DNA from: Patescibacteria group bacterium
Lineage (GTDB): Bacteria > Patescibacteriota > Dojkabacteria > J137
DNA length: 64,000 nt
Direction: 5' to 3'
NCBI GenBank assembly: GCA_016861265.1
Contig: BOLA01000001.1
Span: 598,229-662,228, forward strand
Part shown: in pieces, positions 49,002-59,819 of the stretch
Layout of the letters: each line of letters starts with the position of its first letter
How positions within the stretch are numbered: position 1 is the stretch's first letter
The notes under the pieces: generated by a model
Told to the model about the DNA's origin: nothing
The model's input: the letters and a program-made list of their open reading frames with translations, nothing else
The model's database searches: none
Made by a program: the position numbers and the translations under genes

Positions 49002-51146
49002 GTGTCGATTTCGTCATCCGAAAAAATTTTTATTGACCCTAGGGAGGAAATAACCTTTATTGTTGAACGTCTTTTAAAGGCGGAAAAAGACAGGGTTATT
49101 CTTGTCGTTCCTCAAAATTCCTTGCTACTAAGTAGTTTAGTTAGTATAGATATTCTTTTTAGAAAATTAGTTAGAACAAAGAAACTTGCGATTATTGTCA
49201 CAGAAGATGAATATGGTAAGTCTATTGCCTCTAAAGCAGGATTTGTAGTAGTAGATAAAGTAAGTCAGATTACAAATGAGCAGTGGAACCTAGGAAATAA
49301 CCGAAAAATTTCCATAAAAGAAATCTTAGACGAGAGAAAGAAGGCTTTGTTGGCCAATATTAGTGGTGAAAGTCATGACATAGAAGAGCTGCCTGAAATT
49401 CCAGGTACCGAAGATATAGAAGAGTATCAGGTTACGGAGCAGGAAATGGACGAAGTTGTAACGAAAAGTGTGGGATTGCCATACGAAGAGGTTTTAGAGA
49501 AGAAAGAAGAGATTCTTGATGAAGTAGAAGATGCAGTGGAGTTGGTTAATAATCAAACTGATGTAATAGAAGAATCACCTGTGGTACCTGAGGTGCCAAC
49601 TGCGGAAGATTTAGAAAAACAGGAACTAGAATCTTCTCTAAAAAAGTACGCAAAGCCAAGAAGAGAGGTTAAGGAAGTTGAATTAGACGGTATAAAGCTT
49701 GTGTCTGGCGGTGATATAAAGAGTTACATTGATTCTAAAGAAAGTGCTAAAATGGCAGATAGTAACAATTCTTTCACTCAAATGACAGACATAAATATAG
49801 ATAGAAAAATTAAAAAGGTGGGCTCTTCGTCCTTTACAGGAAAAGACTTTACAAAAAAAGTAACAGACAAAGGTGGTCTCGGGGCTCTGTTTTCGAGATT
49901 TAGCTTGAAACGAAGAAACCCGGATTTTAGAGACGAAAATGACTTTATAAAAAAAAAGAATAGAAAAAAAATTCTAATTACTACTTTTGTATTATTTATT
50001 CTATTGTTCGCTGTAGGAGGCTATGTGTTAGCGTTTCAGGTATCAACAGTAGATATTACTTTAACATTAAGAGCGCAAGATGTAAGCACATCTGCAACTG
50101 TATTGTTAAGCACTAGTGCGGAAGAACTCAGTCTGGAGAGTCCAATTACAATTCCTGCAAAGGAATATTCAATACCAGCCGATAATTTAAGTATTTCTAA
50201 GACCGGGACTGCTGATGGCAATAGTAAGAGAGGCGCTAAAGCAAAAGGGGTCGTAACAATTTATAATCTTACAGCTGAAAGTGTTACATTGGGAGCGGGA
50301 ACAAAGTTTAAAAATGTTACAAATGGATTAATTTATGTTTCCACAACTGAAGTTGTATTAGATCCGGCTACTGTCAGTTCAAATATTAAAACTCCAAGCA
50401 CTAAAGATAATGTTGCACTAGAGGCTGAAAATTTTGGACCTCAATTTAACATCGAAGTTTCTGATAAAACAAGATTCAGCATTGAAAGTTATAGTACAGA
50501 GGAAGAAATGAGTGCAACTGCATTCCAATCATTTCAGGGGGGAACTGAAGAGGCATTTACATCTGTCTCGCAAGAGAATTACGATAAATTAAAAGAAACA
50601 ATTGTACCGGATTTAAAGAAACAAGGGTTAGACAGGTTAAAATCCCTAACCGAGAGTGGATACCAGTTAATTGAAGGTACAGTTACATACGATGAAACAA
50701 AAACCCCTGAGTCTTTGCCAAAGGTTGGAGAAGAGGCAAAAGATAAGACTTTTAATTTAACAGTTCAGATAGGTATTAAGGGACTTGCAGTTAAAACGAG
50801 TGATCTAACAGAAGCTGTCAGTGCTGTTTTAAAGAATAATGCTCAGAATACGAATGGTGGAAATCTTCAGATTGATGACATAATGAATCCGCAAATCGAT
50901 AAGGTAGAAAAGAATGGAGATGATTATGTAGTAACTGTTTCTTCTAAAGGTTCGGTTAAAACCCAAATTACTCCTGAGCAAATGAAGAAAGATATATCTG
51001 GATTGACTATTCAACAGGCAAATGATTACTTTAGATTAATCGATTATATTCAGGATTATAGAGTGAATTTTAATCCAGGATTTGTACCTGACAGTATAAA
51101 ACGTGTCCCTTCCGATACATCACGAATTAATATTAAAACAAAATAA
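49002..51146 (+). CDS. Single-pass membrane protein with baseplate J/gp47-like extracellular domain
   Basis: Cytoplasmic alpha/beta N-domain, acidic linker, TM, then AKG.VTIYN....TL..GT.F, A...G..FNI, F.GG motifs. Confidence 0.65.
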   Translation: MSISSSEKIFIDPREEITFIVERLLKAEKDRVILVVPQNSLLLSSLVSIDILFRKLVRTKKLAIIVTEDEYGKSIASKAGFVVVDKVSQITNEQWNLGNNRKISIKEILDERKKALLANISGESHDIEELPEIPGTEDIEEYQVTEQEMDEVVTKSVGLPYEEVLEKKEEILDEVEDAVELVNNQTDVIEESPVVPEVPTAEDLEKQELESSLKKYAKPRREVKEVELDGIKLVSGGDIKSYIDSKESAKMADSNNSFTQMTDINIDRKIKKVGSSSFTGKDFTKKVTDKGGLGALFSRFSLKRRNPDFRDENDFIKKKNRKKILITTFVLFILLFAVGGYVLAFQVSTVDITLTLRAQDVSTSATVLLSTSAEELSLESPITIPAKEYSIPADNLSISKTGTADGNSKRGAKAKGVVTIYNLTAESVTLGAGTKFKNVTNGLIYVSTTEVVLDPATVSSNIKTPSTKDNVALEAENFGPQFNIEVSDKTRFSIESYSTEEEMSATAFQSFQGGTEEAFTSVSQENYDKLKETIVPDLKKQGLDRLKSLTESGYQLIEGTVTYDETKTPESLPKVGEEAKDKTFNLTVQIGIKGLAVKTSDLTEAVSAVLKNNAQNTNGGNLQIDDIMNPQIDKVEKNGDDYVVTVSSKGSVKTQITPEQMKKDISGLTIQQANDYFRLIDYIQDYRVNFNPGFVPDSIKRVPSDTSRINIKTK

Positions 51147-51166
51147 TAGTTCTGAAATCAAAATAC

Positions 51167-51188
51167 AAACCTCCCTTTGGGAGGTTTT
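51167..51188 (+). terminator. Intrinsic terminator
   Basis: AAACCTCCC-TTT-GGGAGGTTTT. Confidence 0.75.
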
Positions 51189-51271
51189 CTATTGCTGATT
51201 TTAAATCACCTATTCTAATGGACTTTAAGTCTTGTTGAACGCTAAATATTATATATGGTAGAATTCAAAGG

Positions 51272-51298
51272 TTAGCAATTAAAGCATTAATCTGCTAA
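51272..51298. promoter_or_regulatory. Degenerate CIRCE (HrcA operator) upstream of groES
   Basis: TTAGCAATT-N9-ATCTGCTAA versus consensus TTAGCACTC-N9-GAGTGCTAA. Confidence 0.7.
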
Positions 51299-51331
51299 CT
51301 ATTTTTATCATTAATTTTTTAATTATTTATT

Positions 51332-51634
51332 ATGTCCAAAATCACTATAAAGCCTATAGGCGAATATATTTTGGTTGAACCTCTAGAAGAGGAAGAAAAG
51401 ACTGCATCTGGTCTTCTTATTCAAACTTCTTCAAAAGGAGAAAGACCACAGAGAGGAAAAATTAGTGCTTTAGGCACAGGCAAAAGAGATGAAAATGGAA
51501 AACTTATTGAATTTAACGTAGAAGTGGGTCAAGAAGTTTTGTTCAAAAAATATTCACCTGAGGATATCGAAATTGATGGAAAATCTTACCTTCTAATGAA
51601 GGAAGCAGATATTCTAGCAGTTATTACTGAATAA
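51332..51634 (+). CDS. groES: Co-chaperonin GroES
   Basis: IKPIGE.ILVEP, KTASGLL, G..V.F.KY. Confidence 0.97.
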   Translation: MSKITIKPIGEYILVEPLEEEEKTASGLLIQTSSKGERPQRGKISALGTGKRDENGKLIEFNVEVGQEVLFKKYSPEDIEIDGKSYLLMKEADILAVITE

Positions 51635-51641
51635 TTAATAA

Positions 51642-53282
<1,641 letters not shown>

Positions 53283-53294
53283 TAGACGCTTATT

Positions 53295-53322
53295 AAAGCC
53301 AGCCGTAAGGCTGGCTTTTTTT
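53295..53322 (+). terminator. Terminator of groESL
   Basis: AAAGCCAGCC-GTAA-GGCTGGCTTTTTTT. Confidence 0.9.
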
Positions 53323-53382
53323 AGCTCTTAATTTACAGGGATTAATAATATATACTATGAAAAGTTAAAGAACGCATTTTTT

Positions 53383-53709
53383 ATGAGTAACTTACTTTTT
53401 GTCTTTTACTGGTGGTACGTAATACTAGTAAAAGAATTCTGGCGAAGCTATGTATTGGGTAGATTAGTTTATAACTTGAATCTAACAAATACTTTGCCCA
53501 TGGCAAAGCATATATCGGATCCATTGTTCCAGGACGATTCCGGTATCGGCAAATCTTTCGGTTTTATTATTAGATTTATTTGGATAGGAATTGGATCTTC
53601 TATTAGTGTAATCGTAACAGTTCCCTTCTTCATTTTTGGAATATTTTTATTGGTATTGCCCTTATTACCGTTAATACAATTAGTTACATACTTAAATACA
53701 TTATTATGA
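53383..53709 (+). CDS. Small membrane protein translationally coupled to the Clp ATPase
   Basis: WWY...PLFQD....G...GF..R pattern; ATGA overlap with the next gene. Confidence 0.7.
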   Translation: MSNLLFVFYWWYVILVKEFWRSYVLGRLVYNLNLTNTLPMAKHISDPLFQDDSGIGKSFGFIIRFIWIGIGSSISVIVTVPFFIFGIFLLVLPLLPLIQLVTYLNTLL

Positions 53710-56285
53710 ACGGTAAGGTACTACTAGCAAAATACAAAAATTCAAGAATATTCGTAGACTTTGGTTCACTTACATTCTTTAAGGGAGATAAACATGCTCT
53801 TTACAAACTTGAACAGAATACAGGAACCTTATTAGAAATATTTACAGCACTTCTTTTTGGAATACCCATTGTTATTCAAATCTTGAATGGAGAACTTAAT
53901 CTCTTGAATTTTTTGATACCCGATAATCTACTAAACTATTTGCCGTATATAGGTATCTACACATTTATTTTTGCAAGATTTTTAAAGCGAGATAGGAATA
54001 AATTCGATGAGGCGGTGAAAAACTATAATTTGCTTGCTGTAAATAAGAAAATTGAAGCGGGTGCTGACATGGAACTTACTGTAAATCACTACATTGACTT
54101 TGAAACACTTACAATATTAGATAAAGCTTTGGCAGATAAGGAAAGAGCTTTTATAGTTACATTATGTAAACTACTAACAGAAGATACAGAAATTGAACAC
54201 TTCTTAGCAAACAGATTAGGTATTAATAGAGATAAGTTTATAGAAGTTGTAAACCATAATAGTCACAATGCAAATTTCACACTAAATAATGCTTATAGAA
54301 CTTTATTTCTTTACTTGTTCGATGAAGCCCTAAAGCTTGAATCTAATACTATTAATAAGTTCGTATTATTCTTTGTTTTAAATAAATACTTTTTGAAAAA
54401 TATTTATTTTGACCTAGGTGTAGCAGAATTGGAATTAGAGGGTTTGAGAATTTGGTTTAAGAATGAAACAAAACAAAGAGAGTACTATATTAAGTGGGAA
54501 AGACTATCAAAATTCAAACCAAAAGGAGATGTTAATAGGGCATACACATCTAGACCTACACCAGTATTAGATGAGTATGCGGAAGATTTAACAAGTCAGG
54601 CTGCACTTGGTTTATTCATGTTGTCCGTGGGCAAGGATCAAGAATTGAATAGGGTTGTAGAAATTATGGAAAGAGACAAGGCGAGTGCATGTATGATTCT
54701 CGGAGATCCGGGCGTTGGAAAAACCAGATTCTTAAGGCATTTAGCAACAAGAATGGTTGTGGAAGATATTCCAGGTAGACTCTATGATCACAGATTGTTA
54801 TCCATTGATTTAAATAAAATCCTTACTAAAATTGGTACAGTTGATTCGTTTAAGCAGGTTCTTCAGAGAATTTTTGAAGAGGTTCGTTACTCAGGAAATG
54901 TGATTCTAGTACTTGAAGAATTTAGTCAAATACTTAACATAAGAGAAGAATCGAAACTGGAGGTTGTTAATTTGATTGTAAATGCAATAAATAATTTAAA
55001 CCTAAGATTAATTGCTACTTCTAATAATTCAAGTTATTCAAAATATGTTAAACCGTTAAAATCACTTTCCGCGTTGTTCGATGTTGTAGAGCTTAAGGAG
55101 CCATCTTCAAATGTAGCTCTACAAATTCTAATCGATGAGGTTCCAAGAATTGAGAAAAAATACAAAGTGAGTGTAAGGATTAATTCTTTAAAAAGAATTG
55201 TAGAATTTGCACCAAAGTTCGATCAGGACAGAGTAATGCCCGATAAAGGTATAGATCTATTTGAAGAGGCCTGTTTAGCAGCAAAGAATAGAGGGTTAAC
55301 ATTCCTAGATGTGTCAACGGTTGATGAAATTCTTTCTGAAAAAGTAGGTGTAAAAGTAGGTAATTTATCTGAAGGGGAAAGTCATACATTAATGGCTATG
55401 TCGGAACGAATGCATGACAGAGTTATTGGGCAGAATGAGGCTGTAGATGCTGTCGCATCTGCAATTAAAAGATCTCGTTCAGGACTGACAAATACTAAAA
55501 AACCAATTGCGTCATTTTTATTTTATGGACCTACTGGTGTTGGGAAAACAGAAGTGGCTAAAACTTTGGCCGATGTCTACTATGGCAGTGAAAACTTATT
55601 GATCAGACTAGACATGTCGGAATATCAGGAAGATCAAAATCTTAATAGAATTATTGGATATACCGATGACAAAGGCAATTTTATAGGCGGATACTTGACT
55701 GAGTCAGTCAGATCAAGACCTTTCTCGTTGGTGTTGTTGGACGAAATAGAGAAGGCTAATAAAAAGGTCTTAGATCTATTCCTACAAGTTTTAGATGAAG
55801 GTACTTTAACTGATGGTTTAGGTCGAAAGGTAGATTTTACTAATACCATAATAATTATGACTTCAAATGTAGGTTCTGACTTAATTGCGAAAGAAATCTA
55901 CGAAGGTAAAAAATACCACGATGTGGAAAAAGATGTGACAAATAAACTAAGGGAATCTTACAGGATTGAATTTTTAAACAGATTTGATAAATTAATAATG
56001 TTTAGACCGTTATCAAAAATTGAGATTGAGCAGATTGTGATGCTGATGTTGAAAAAAATAGATGATAATTTAATGCAAAAAGGAATTGGTATTTCCTGGA
56101 ATGAGGCAACTTTGGTAGAATTAGCAAACCTTGGTTATAGCGAGATGTTTGGTGCAAGAGAATTAAAAAGAATTGTGCAGGAAAACATAGAGAATAAATT
56201 AGCAGATTTAATAATTCAGGGTAAACTACGAAGCGGTACAGAAGCAGTTTTTAATGGATTAACTGTACAACAAGTGGTAAATTAA
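53706..56285 (+). CDS. ClpA/B/C-family AAA+ ATPase with N-terminal transmembrane helices
   Basis: GDPGVGKT, PDKGIDL.EEA, IGQNEAV, GPTGVGKTE, RLDMSEY, LLDEIEKA, FLNRFD, GARELKR; two TM segments near the N-terminus. Confidence 0.92.
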   Translation: MNGKVLLAKYKNSRIFVDFGSLTFFKGDKHALYKLEQNTGTLLEIFTALLFGIPIVIQILNGELNLLNFLIPDNLLNYLPYIGIYTFIFARFLKRDRNKFDEAVKNYNLLAVNKKIEAGADMELTVNHYIDFETLTILDKALADKERAFIVTLCKLLTEDTEIEHFLANRLGINRDKFIEVVNHNSHNANFTLNNAYRTLFLYLFDEALKLESNTINKFVLFFVLNKYFLKNIYFDLGVAELELEGLRIWFKNETKQREYYIKWERLSKFKPKGDVNRAYTSRPTPVLDEYAEDLTSQAALGLFMLSVGKDQELNRVVEIMERDKASACMILGDPGVGKTRFLRHLATRMVVEDIPGRLYDHRLLSIDLNKILTKIGTVDSFKQVLQRIFEEVRYSGNVILVLEEFSQILNIREESKLEVVNLIVNAINNLNLRLIATSNNSSYSKYVKPLKSLSALFDVVELKEPSSNVALQILIDEVPRIEKKYKVSVRINSLKRIVEFAPKFDQDRVMPDKGIDLFEEACLAAKNRGLTFLDVSTVDEILSEKVGVKVGNLSEGESHTLMAMSERMHDRVIGQNEAVDAVASAIKRSRSGLTNTKKPIASFLFYGPTGVGKTEVAKTLADVYYGSENLLIRLDMSEYQEDQNLNRIIGYTDDKGNFIGGYLTESVRSRPFSLVLLDEIEKANKKVLDLFLQVLDEGTLTDGLGRKVDFTNTIIIMTSNVGSDLIAKEIYEGKKYHDVEKDVTNKLRESYRIEFLNRFDKLIMFRPLSKIEIEQIVMLMLKKIDDNLMQKGIGISWNEATLVELANLGYSEMFGARELKRIVQENIENKLADLIIQGKLRSGTEAVFNGLTVQQVVN

Positions 56286-56304
56286 ATTAAATAATCAAAT
56301 TTAT

Positions 56305-56685
56305 ATGAATAAAAAAAAGTTGATCTCAATAATTGTCTTAGCCCAGAGTGTTTTAATGGCATTGCCAGTAGCAGCTCAAGGACTGACTAATGTTAGTCAG
56401 AATTATGCAATTCCTAACCCTACAAGATACAGTAGTCTGGAAGACATAATTAATGCATTGACTTCGCTAATTAGACCTGTCTTTATTATTACATTTGGTG
56501 CAATGATACTTTATGGAGGATGGGTTAGATTAACATCTCAAGGTAATCCGGATAAAGTTAAGTCAAGCTCGCAAATCATAGTTGCAGCAATTGTAGGTTT
56601 TGCAATTGCAGTGTTTGCACCTACAATTGTTGACTTTGCGGGTAAATTGCTAGGTATTCAAGGTGGATTAATACAGAATCAATAA
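56305..56685 (+). CDS. TrbC/VirB2-like (T4SS pilin-type) protein 1
   Basis: Signal peptide; ILYGG..RLTSQGNPDKVK....I.AAIVG. Confidence 0.8.
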   Translation: MNKKKLISIIVLAQSVLMALPVAAQGLTNVSQNYAIPNPTRYSSLEDIINALTSLIRPVFIITFGAMILYGGWVRLTSQGNPDKVKSSSQIIVAAIVGFAIAVFAPTIVDFAGKLLGIQGGLIQNQ

Positions 56686-56686
56686 T

Positions 56687-57298
56687 ATGAAACTAAAAGC
56701 TTTATTATTCATAGTAATTACAATAATCCTTAGTTCGGGTATTAAGTTATCGGCACAGTCTACAGACTGTATAGCCCCATATTTTATCCCTGATGATTGT
56801 AGTGTGCCTTATGTACCTGGTAAATCAGGGGGTTATACTGCAGATTTAAATTGTCAGATCGTTCGAATTACTAAACCTGGAACCGAGGAGGCTAAATGTT
56901 GTCCCAATATTTGTGTAAATGAAAATGGTGATAGGGTAAGTGCCCAGCTTCCGTCCGAAATTACGCAGACCGAGGTATTTGGAACTACTATTAGAATTAA
57001 TCCGGATAATTCAGGGACGATTATAAATATACTGTTTACAACAATATTGGGTCTTGTTTCTGTTTACGCAATTGTGAGAGGTATTTATGTTACTGGAGTA
57101 AAAAGACCAATGGCTATTACACCCGACCAAATCGCGGAAATTAATAAAGAACTTACAAATTTAATAATAGGTGTAGTTATTTGCTGGGGCTTTATAATCT
57201 TAATTCAAGTAGTCGCCAACCTATTAGGAGTAGGTCAGTTAAATAATCTAGATATTTCCGGCGGAGAATCTGGAGGAACAATTATTACTATTAAATAA
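56687..57298 (+). CDS. Pilin-like protein 2 with Cys-rich N-domain
   Basis: Signal peptide, Cys-rich region, TM hairpin with GIY......PDQI.E....L.NLIIG. Confidence 0.65.
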   Translation: MKLKALLFIVITIILSSGIKLSAQSTDCIAPYFIPDDCSVPYVPGKSGGYTADLNCQIVRITKPGTEEAKCCPNICVNENGDRVSAQLPSEITQTEVFGTTIRINPDNSGTIINILFTTILGLVSVYAIVRGIYVTGVKRPMAITPDQIAEINKELTNLIIGVVICWGFIILIQVVANLLGVGQLNNLDISGGESGGTIITIK

Positions 57299-57858
57299 TG
57301 AAGACTTTATTGCTAACAATAATATTAAGCATATTCTTCTTTGCTCCTGTGTATGCACAAGAAAATTCAGGCGGATTAGCAAATCAGACGGTCACATGCG
57401 TTAACTGTACAATAGATAACAATATTGGGCTAGAGGAAATTAGAGTTCCTGTTTTTGCTAGCTTTATTGATTTCAATACTGAAAATGCGAGCATATTTAG
57501 CTGGGTATCGTTCATCGGAGCTTTAGCTACCGTAGGATTGGTTATTTTCTGGATTTTTCTTCTGGTTAAAGCTGGTGTAAGAGGATTGCAGAGCCAGGGC
57601 AACGCAGATACATTGGCTGAGGCATTTAAACAGGTTCAATCGGTACTTATTGGAGCTGCAATCTCACTGTTCTTCCCCCTAGTACTAAGTATTATAGGTG
57701 TATTCTTTGGAATTGGCACTATCTTTAGTTGGCCTAAAATGTTTCAGTTTTGCGATGAGTCGTCTGGTGTTCAATTTTATTATCAGGCTCTGTTAGCTGA
57801 CGATGTAAAAGGAGATAAGTCAGCCGCAGAGGCTAAATGTAACCCAATAGGAGAATAA
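57298..57858 (+). CDS. Pilin-like protein 3
   Basis: KAG..GLQSQGNAD.L.EA..Q..S.LIG hairpin. Confidence 0.7.
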   Translation: MKTLLLTIILSIFFFAPVYAQENSGGLANQTVTCVNCTIDNNIGLEEIRVPVFASFIDFNTENASIFSWVSFIGALATVGLVIFWIFLLVKAGVRGLQSQGNADTLAEAFKQVQSVLIGAAISLFFPLVLSIIGVFFGIGTIFSWPKMFQFCDESSGVQFYYQALLADDVKGDKSAAEAKCNPIGE

Positions 57859-57859
57859 T

Positions 57860-58291
57860 ATGAAAAAATTAATATTGCTAACTTTTATAATCGCTTTTTC
57901 GGTATTGCCTTTCAGCATTAAGGCTGCTACTGCTTCAGATGTCTTGCCATGCGATCAGTACGATACATCGGCCTTTGATGCGTGTGGGGATGTTAACGGA
58001 CAAGTTACTGATCTTATAAAGTTCGCTTTGGCAGCAGCTTTCGGAGCAATTATATTATATGGCATTTTCTTGATAATTAAGGCTGCACTTACTATAATTA
58101 GGAGTAATGGTGATCCGGGCCAAGTAGAGGCCGGTACAAATATTATAAGAGGTGTTTATATTGGCATAGGAATCATCTTTATAGGAATAGTAGGGCTTAT
58201 TATTGTTATTGCATTCTTTGGTGCAGGTGGTATATTGAATACAGCAGTAAATACACCAGGTAATACTGTAATACCAATAATTACAAATTAA
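57860..58291 (+). CDS. Pilin-like protein 4
   Basis: IIKAA..IIRSNGDPGQVE.G...I.GV.IG. Confidence 0.75.
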   Translation: MKKLILLTFIIAFSVLPFSIKAATASDVLPCDQYDTSAFDACGDVNGQVTDLIKFALAAAFGAIILYGIFLIIKAALTIIRSNGDPGQVEAGTNIIRGVYIGIGIIFIGIVGLIIVIAFFGAGGILNTAVNTPGNTVIPIITN

Positions 58292-58317
58292 ATTATTTAT
58301 TTTATTAAAATACTCTT

Positions 58318-58806
58318 ATGTTTAGAAATAAGAAACTTGCAGGAATCATGGTAGGAGCATTTTTATTAGTTGCACCATTGGTTTCTCCATTGTTAACAGT
58401 TCAAGCTCAATCAAGAAACTTGATTTGTACTGTTTTCCCATTTATTAATAGTGTTGGAGCATTTGGAATCAGCTCATTGTGCGGTGATGTTAATGCAACA
58501 AGTACATCTGATACAATCAAAAGTACTTTTAACTTAATTGTGTCTTTAATATTTGTAGCAATAATCATTTTCTCAATCTACGTGATTATTAGAGCTGCAA
58601 TTAAATACATTAGATCAGAAGGAGATCCAGCAAAAATTGAAGAGGCTCAAAAGGCTATCAAGTCGGTGTTTATCGGTATTGCTGCATTATTTGTAGGCTT
58701 AATCGGTATTATCATTATTATTGCATTCTTTGGTGCAGGTGGTGCATTAACTACAAATCAGGTTAATAACCAGGTAAACCCACTATTGAATTCAATCTTG
58801 AATTAA
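58318..58806 (+). CDS. Pilin-like protein 5 (candidate major subunit)
   Basis: IIRAAIKYIRSEGDPAKIEEAQKAI..V.IG; followed by a strong terminator. Confidence 0.8.
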   Translation: MFRNKKLAGIMVGAFLLVAPLVSPLLTVQAQSRNLICTVFPFINSVGAFGISSLCGDVNATSTSDTIKSTFNLIVSLIFVAIIIFSIYVIIRAAIKYIRSEGDPAKIEEAQKAIKSVFIGIAALFVGLIGIIIIIAFFGAGGALTTNQVNNQVNPLLNSILN

Positions 58807-58823
58807 GTTAATTAGAATTTTAT

Positions 58824-58849
58824 AAAGCCCAGGCCAAGCCTGGGCTTTT
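58824..58849 (+). terminator. Terminator after pilin-like 5
   Basis: AAAGCCCAGGC-CAA-GCCTGGGCTTTT. Confidence 0.85.
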
Positions 58850-58916
58850 CATTTCTTCTTGATTAGCCTTAACCTTTAATCTATAGTGTAATAAGTATTA
58901 ATATTAATAATTTCTC

Positions 58917-59810
58917 ATGGGAAAGAATAAAAAACTCCTTTATCTGCTACTCATACTTAATCTGATTTTTGGTCACGTAGCGATTGTTAGTGCACAATTA
59001 CAGTCTTTCGATTTTTCAGGGAATAATGCTGAAAGTTATCAATGTTTTGATAAGGAAACAGGAGAGAACCTAACAGATGAAGATACTGAGCCAAGTGGTG
59101 TTAAATTAAATGTGCAAGGTCCTGATGATTTTGGTAATTTCTATTGTTGTGGGGGCACTAATTCGGGTTATACACCAGTAGGGTTAGATTGCGCTGCGGG
59201 TCAAACAAAGATCATTGCTCAACTAAAACCACCTGCGCTACAGCAAATAGAAGTTTGGTTCGTAAGAATTTTATATGCAATTTGGGGACTTGTAGCATCT
59301 CTATCTTTTCTATTTCTAGTAAAACTTGGTTATGAATATATTATCTCAAGAGGAGATCCTACCAAGATTACTGAAGTTAGAAAGAAGATTGTGAATTACA
59401 TTATTGGTTTTGCACTGGTTTTCCTGGCTGTTCCTATTTTGACTACAGTATTCCGTCTTTTAGGAATAAATACAAATGCGCAATGTTACAACGTAAATAT
59501 GCCAGGGTTTCAATTCTTTTATAGCTCTCTATGTACCGATCCTAAAGGGGTAATTGCAGCAAAATTTGCCTCCAACCCATGTACGGCATTTAATGACGGA
59601 TCAGATCCTGAAGGCATAATCTGTAAAGGAACTGGCTATGAAGGTGTTACGAGAGGTTGTGGAGTTATTAGGGGTATTTATAATATTTCATTAACTTGCG
59701 ATGTTCAAACAGGTGACACTGCAGCAACATGGTGCAAAACCAGAGAACTTACTTTGCCGCTGTTGGGACTCGTTTACTGTGATTCATCCTGTAACCCTAC
59801 AAGGTGTTAA
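58917..59810 (+). CDS. Pilin-like protein 6 with Cys-rich N- and C-terminal domains
   Basis: GYEYIISRGDPTKITE.RKKI.N.IIG core; many Cys. Confidence 0.75.
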   Translation: MGKNKKLLYLLLILNLIFGHVAIVSAQLQSFDFSGNNAESYQCFDKETGENLTDEDTEPSGVKLNVQGPDDFGNFYCCGGTNSGYTPVGLDCAAGQTKIIAQLKPPALQQIEVWFVRILYAIWGLVASLSFLFLVKLGYEYIISRGDPTKITEVRKKIVNYIIGFALVFLAVPILTTVFRLLGINTNAQCYNVNMPGFQFFYSSLCTDPKGVIAAKFASNPCTAFNDGSDPEGIICKGTGYEGVTRGCGVIRGIYNISLTCDVQTGDTAATWCKTRELTLPLLGLVYCDSSCNPTRC

Positions 59811-59819
59811 AAGTTATAA

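Noticed and set aside
14692-51146. Prophage suggested by tail-fibre-like and baseplate-J-like genes
   Set aside because: The genes are 33 kb apart among housekeeping genes, both have signal or TM segments, and no capsid, terminase, portal or integrase is present.
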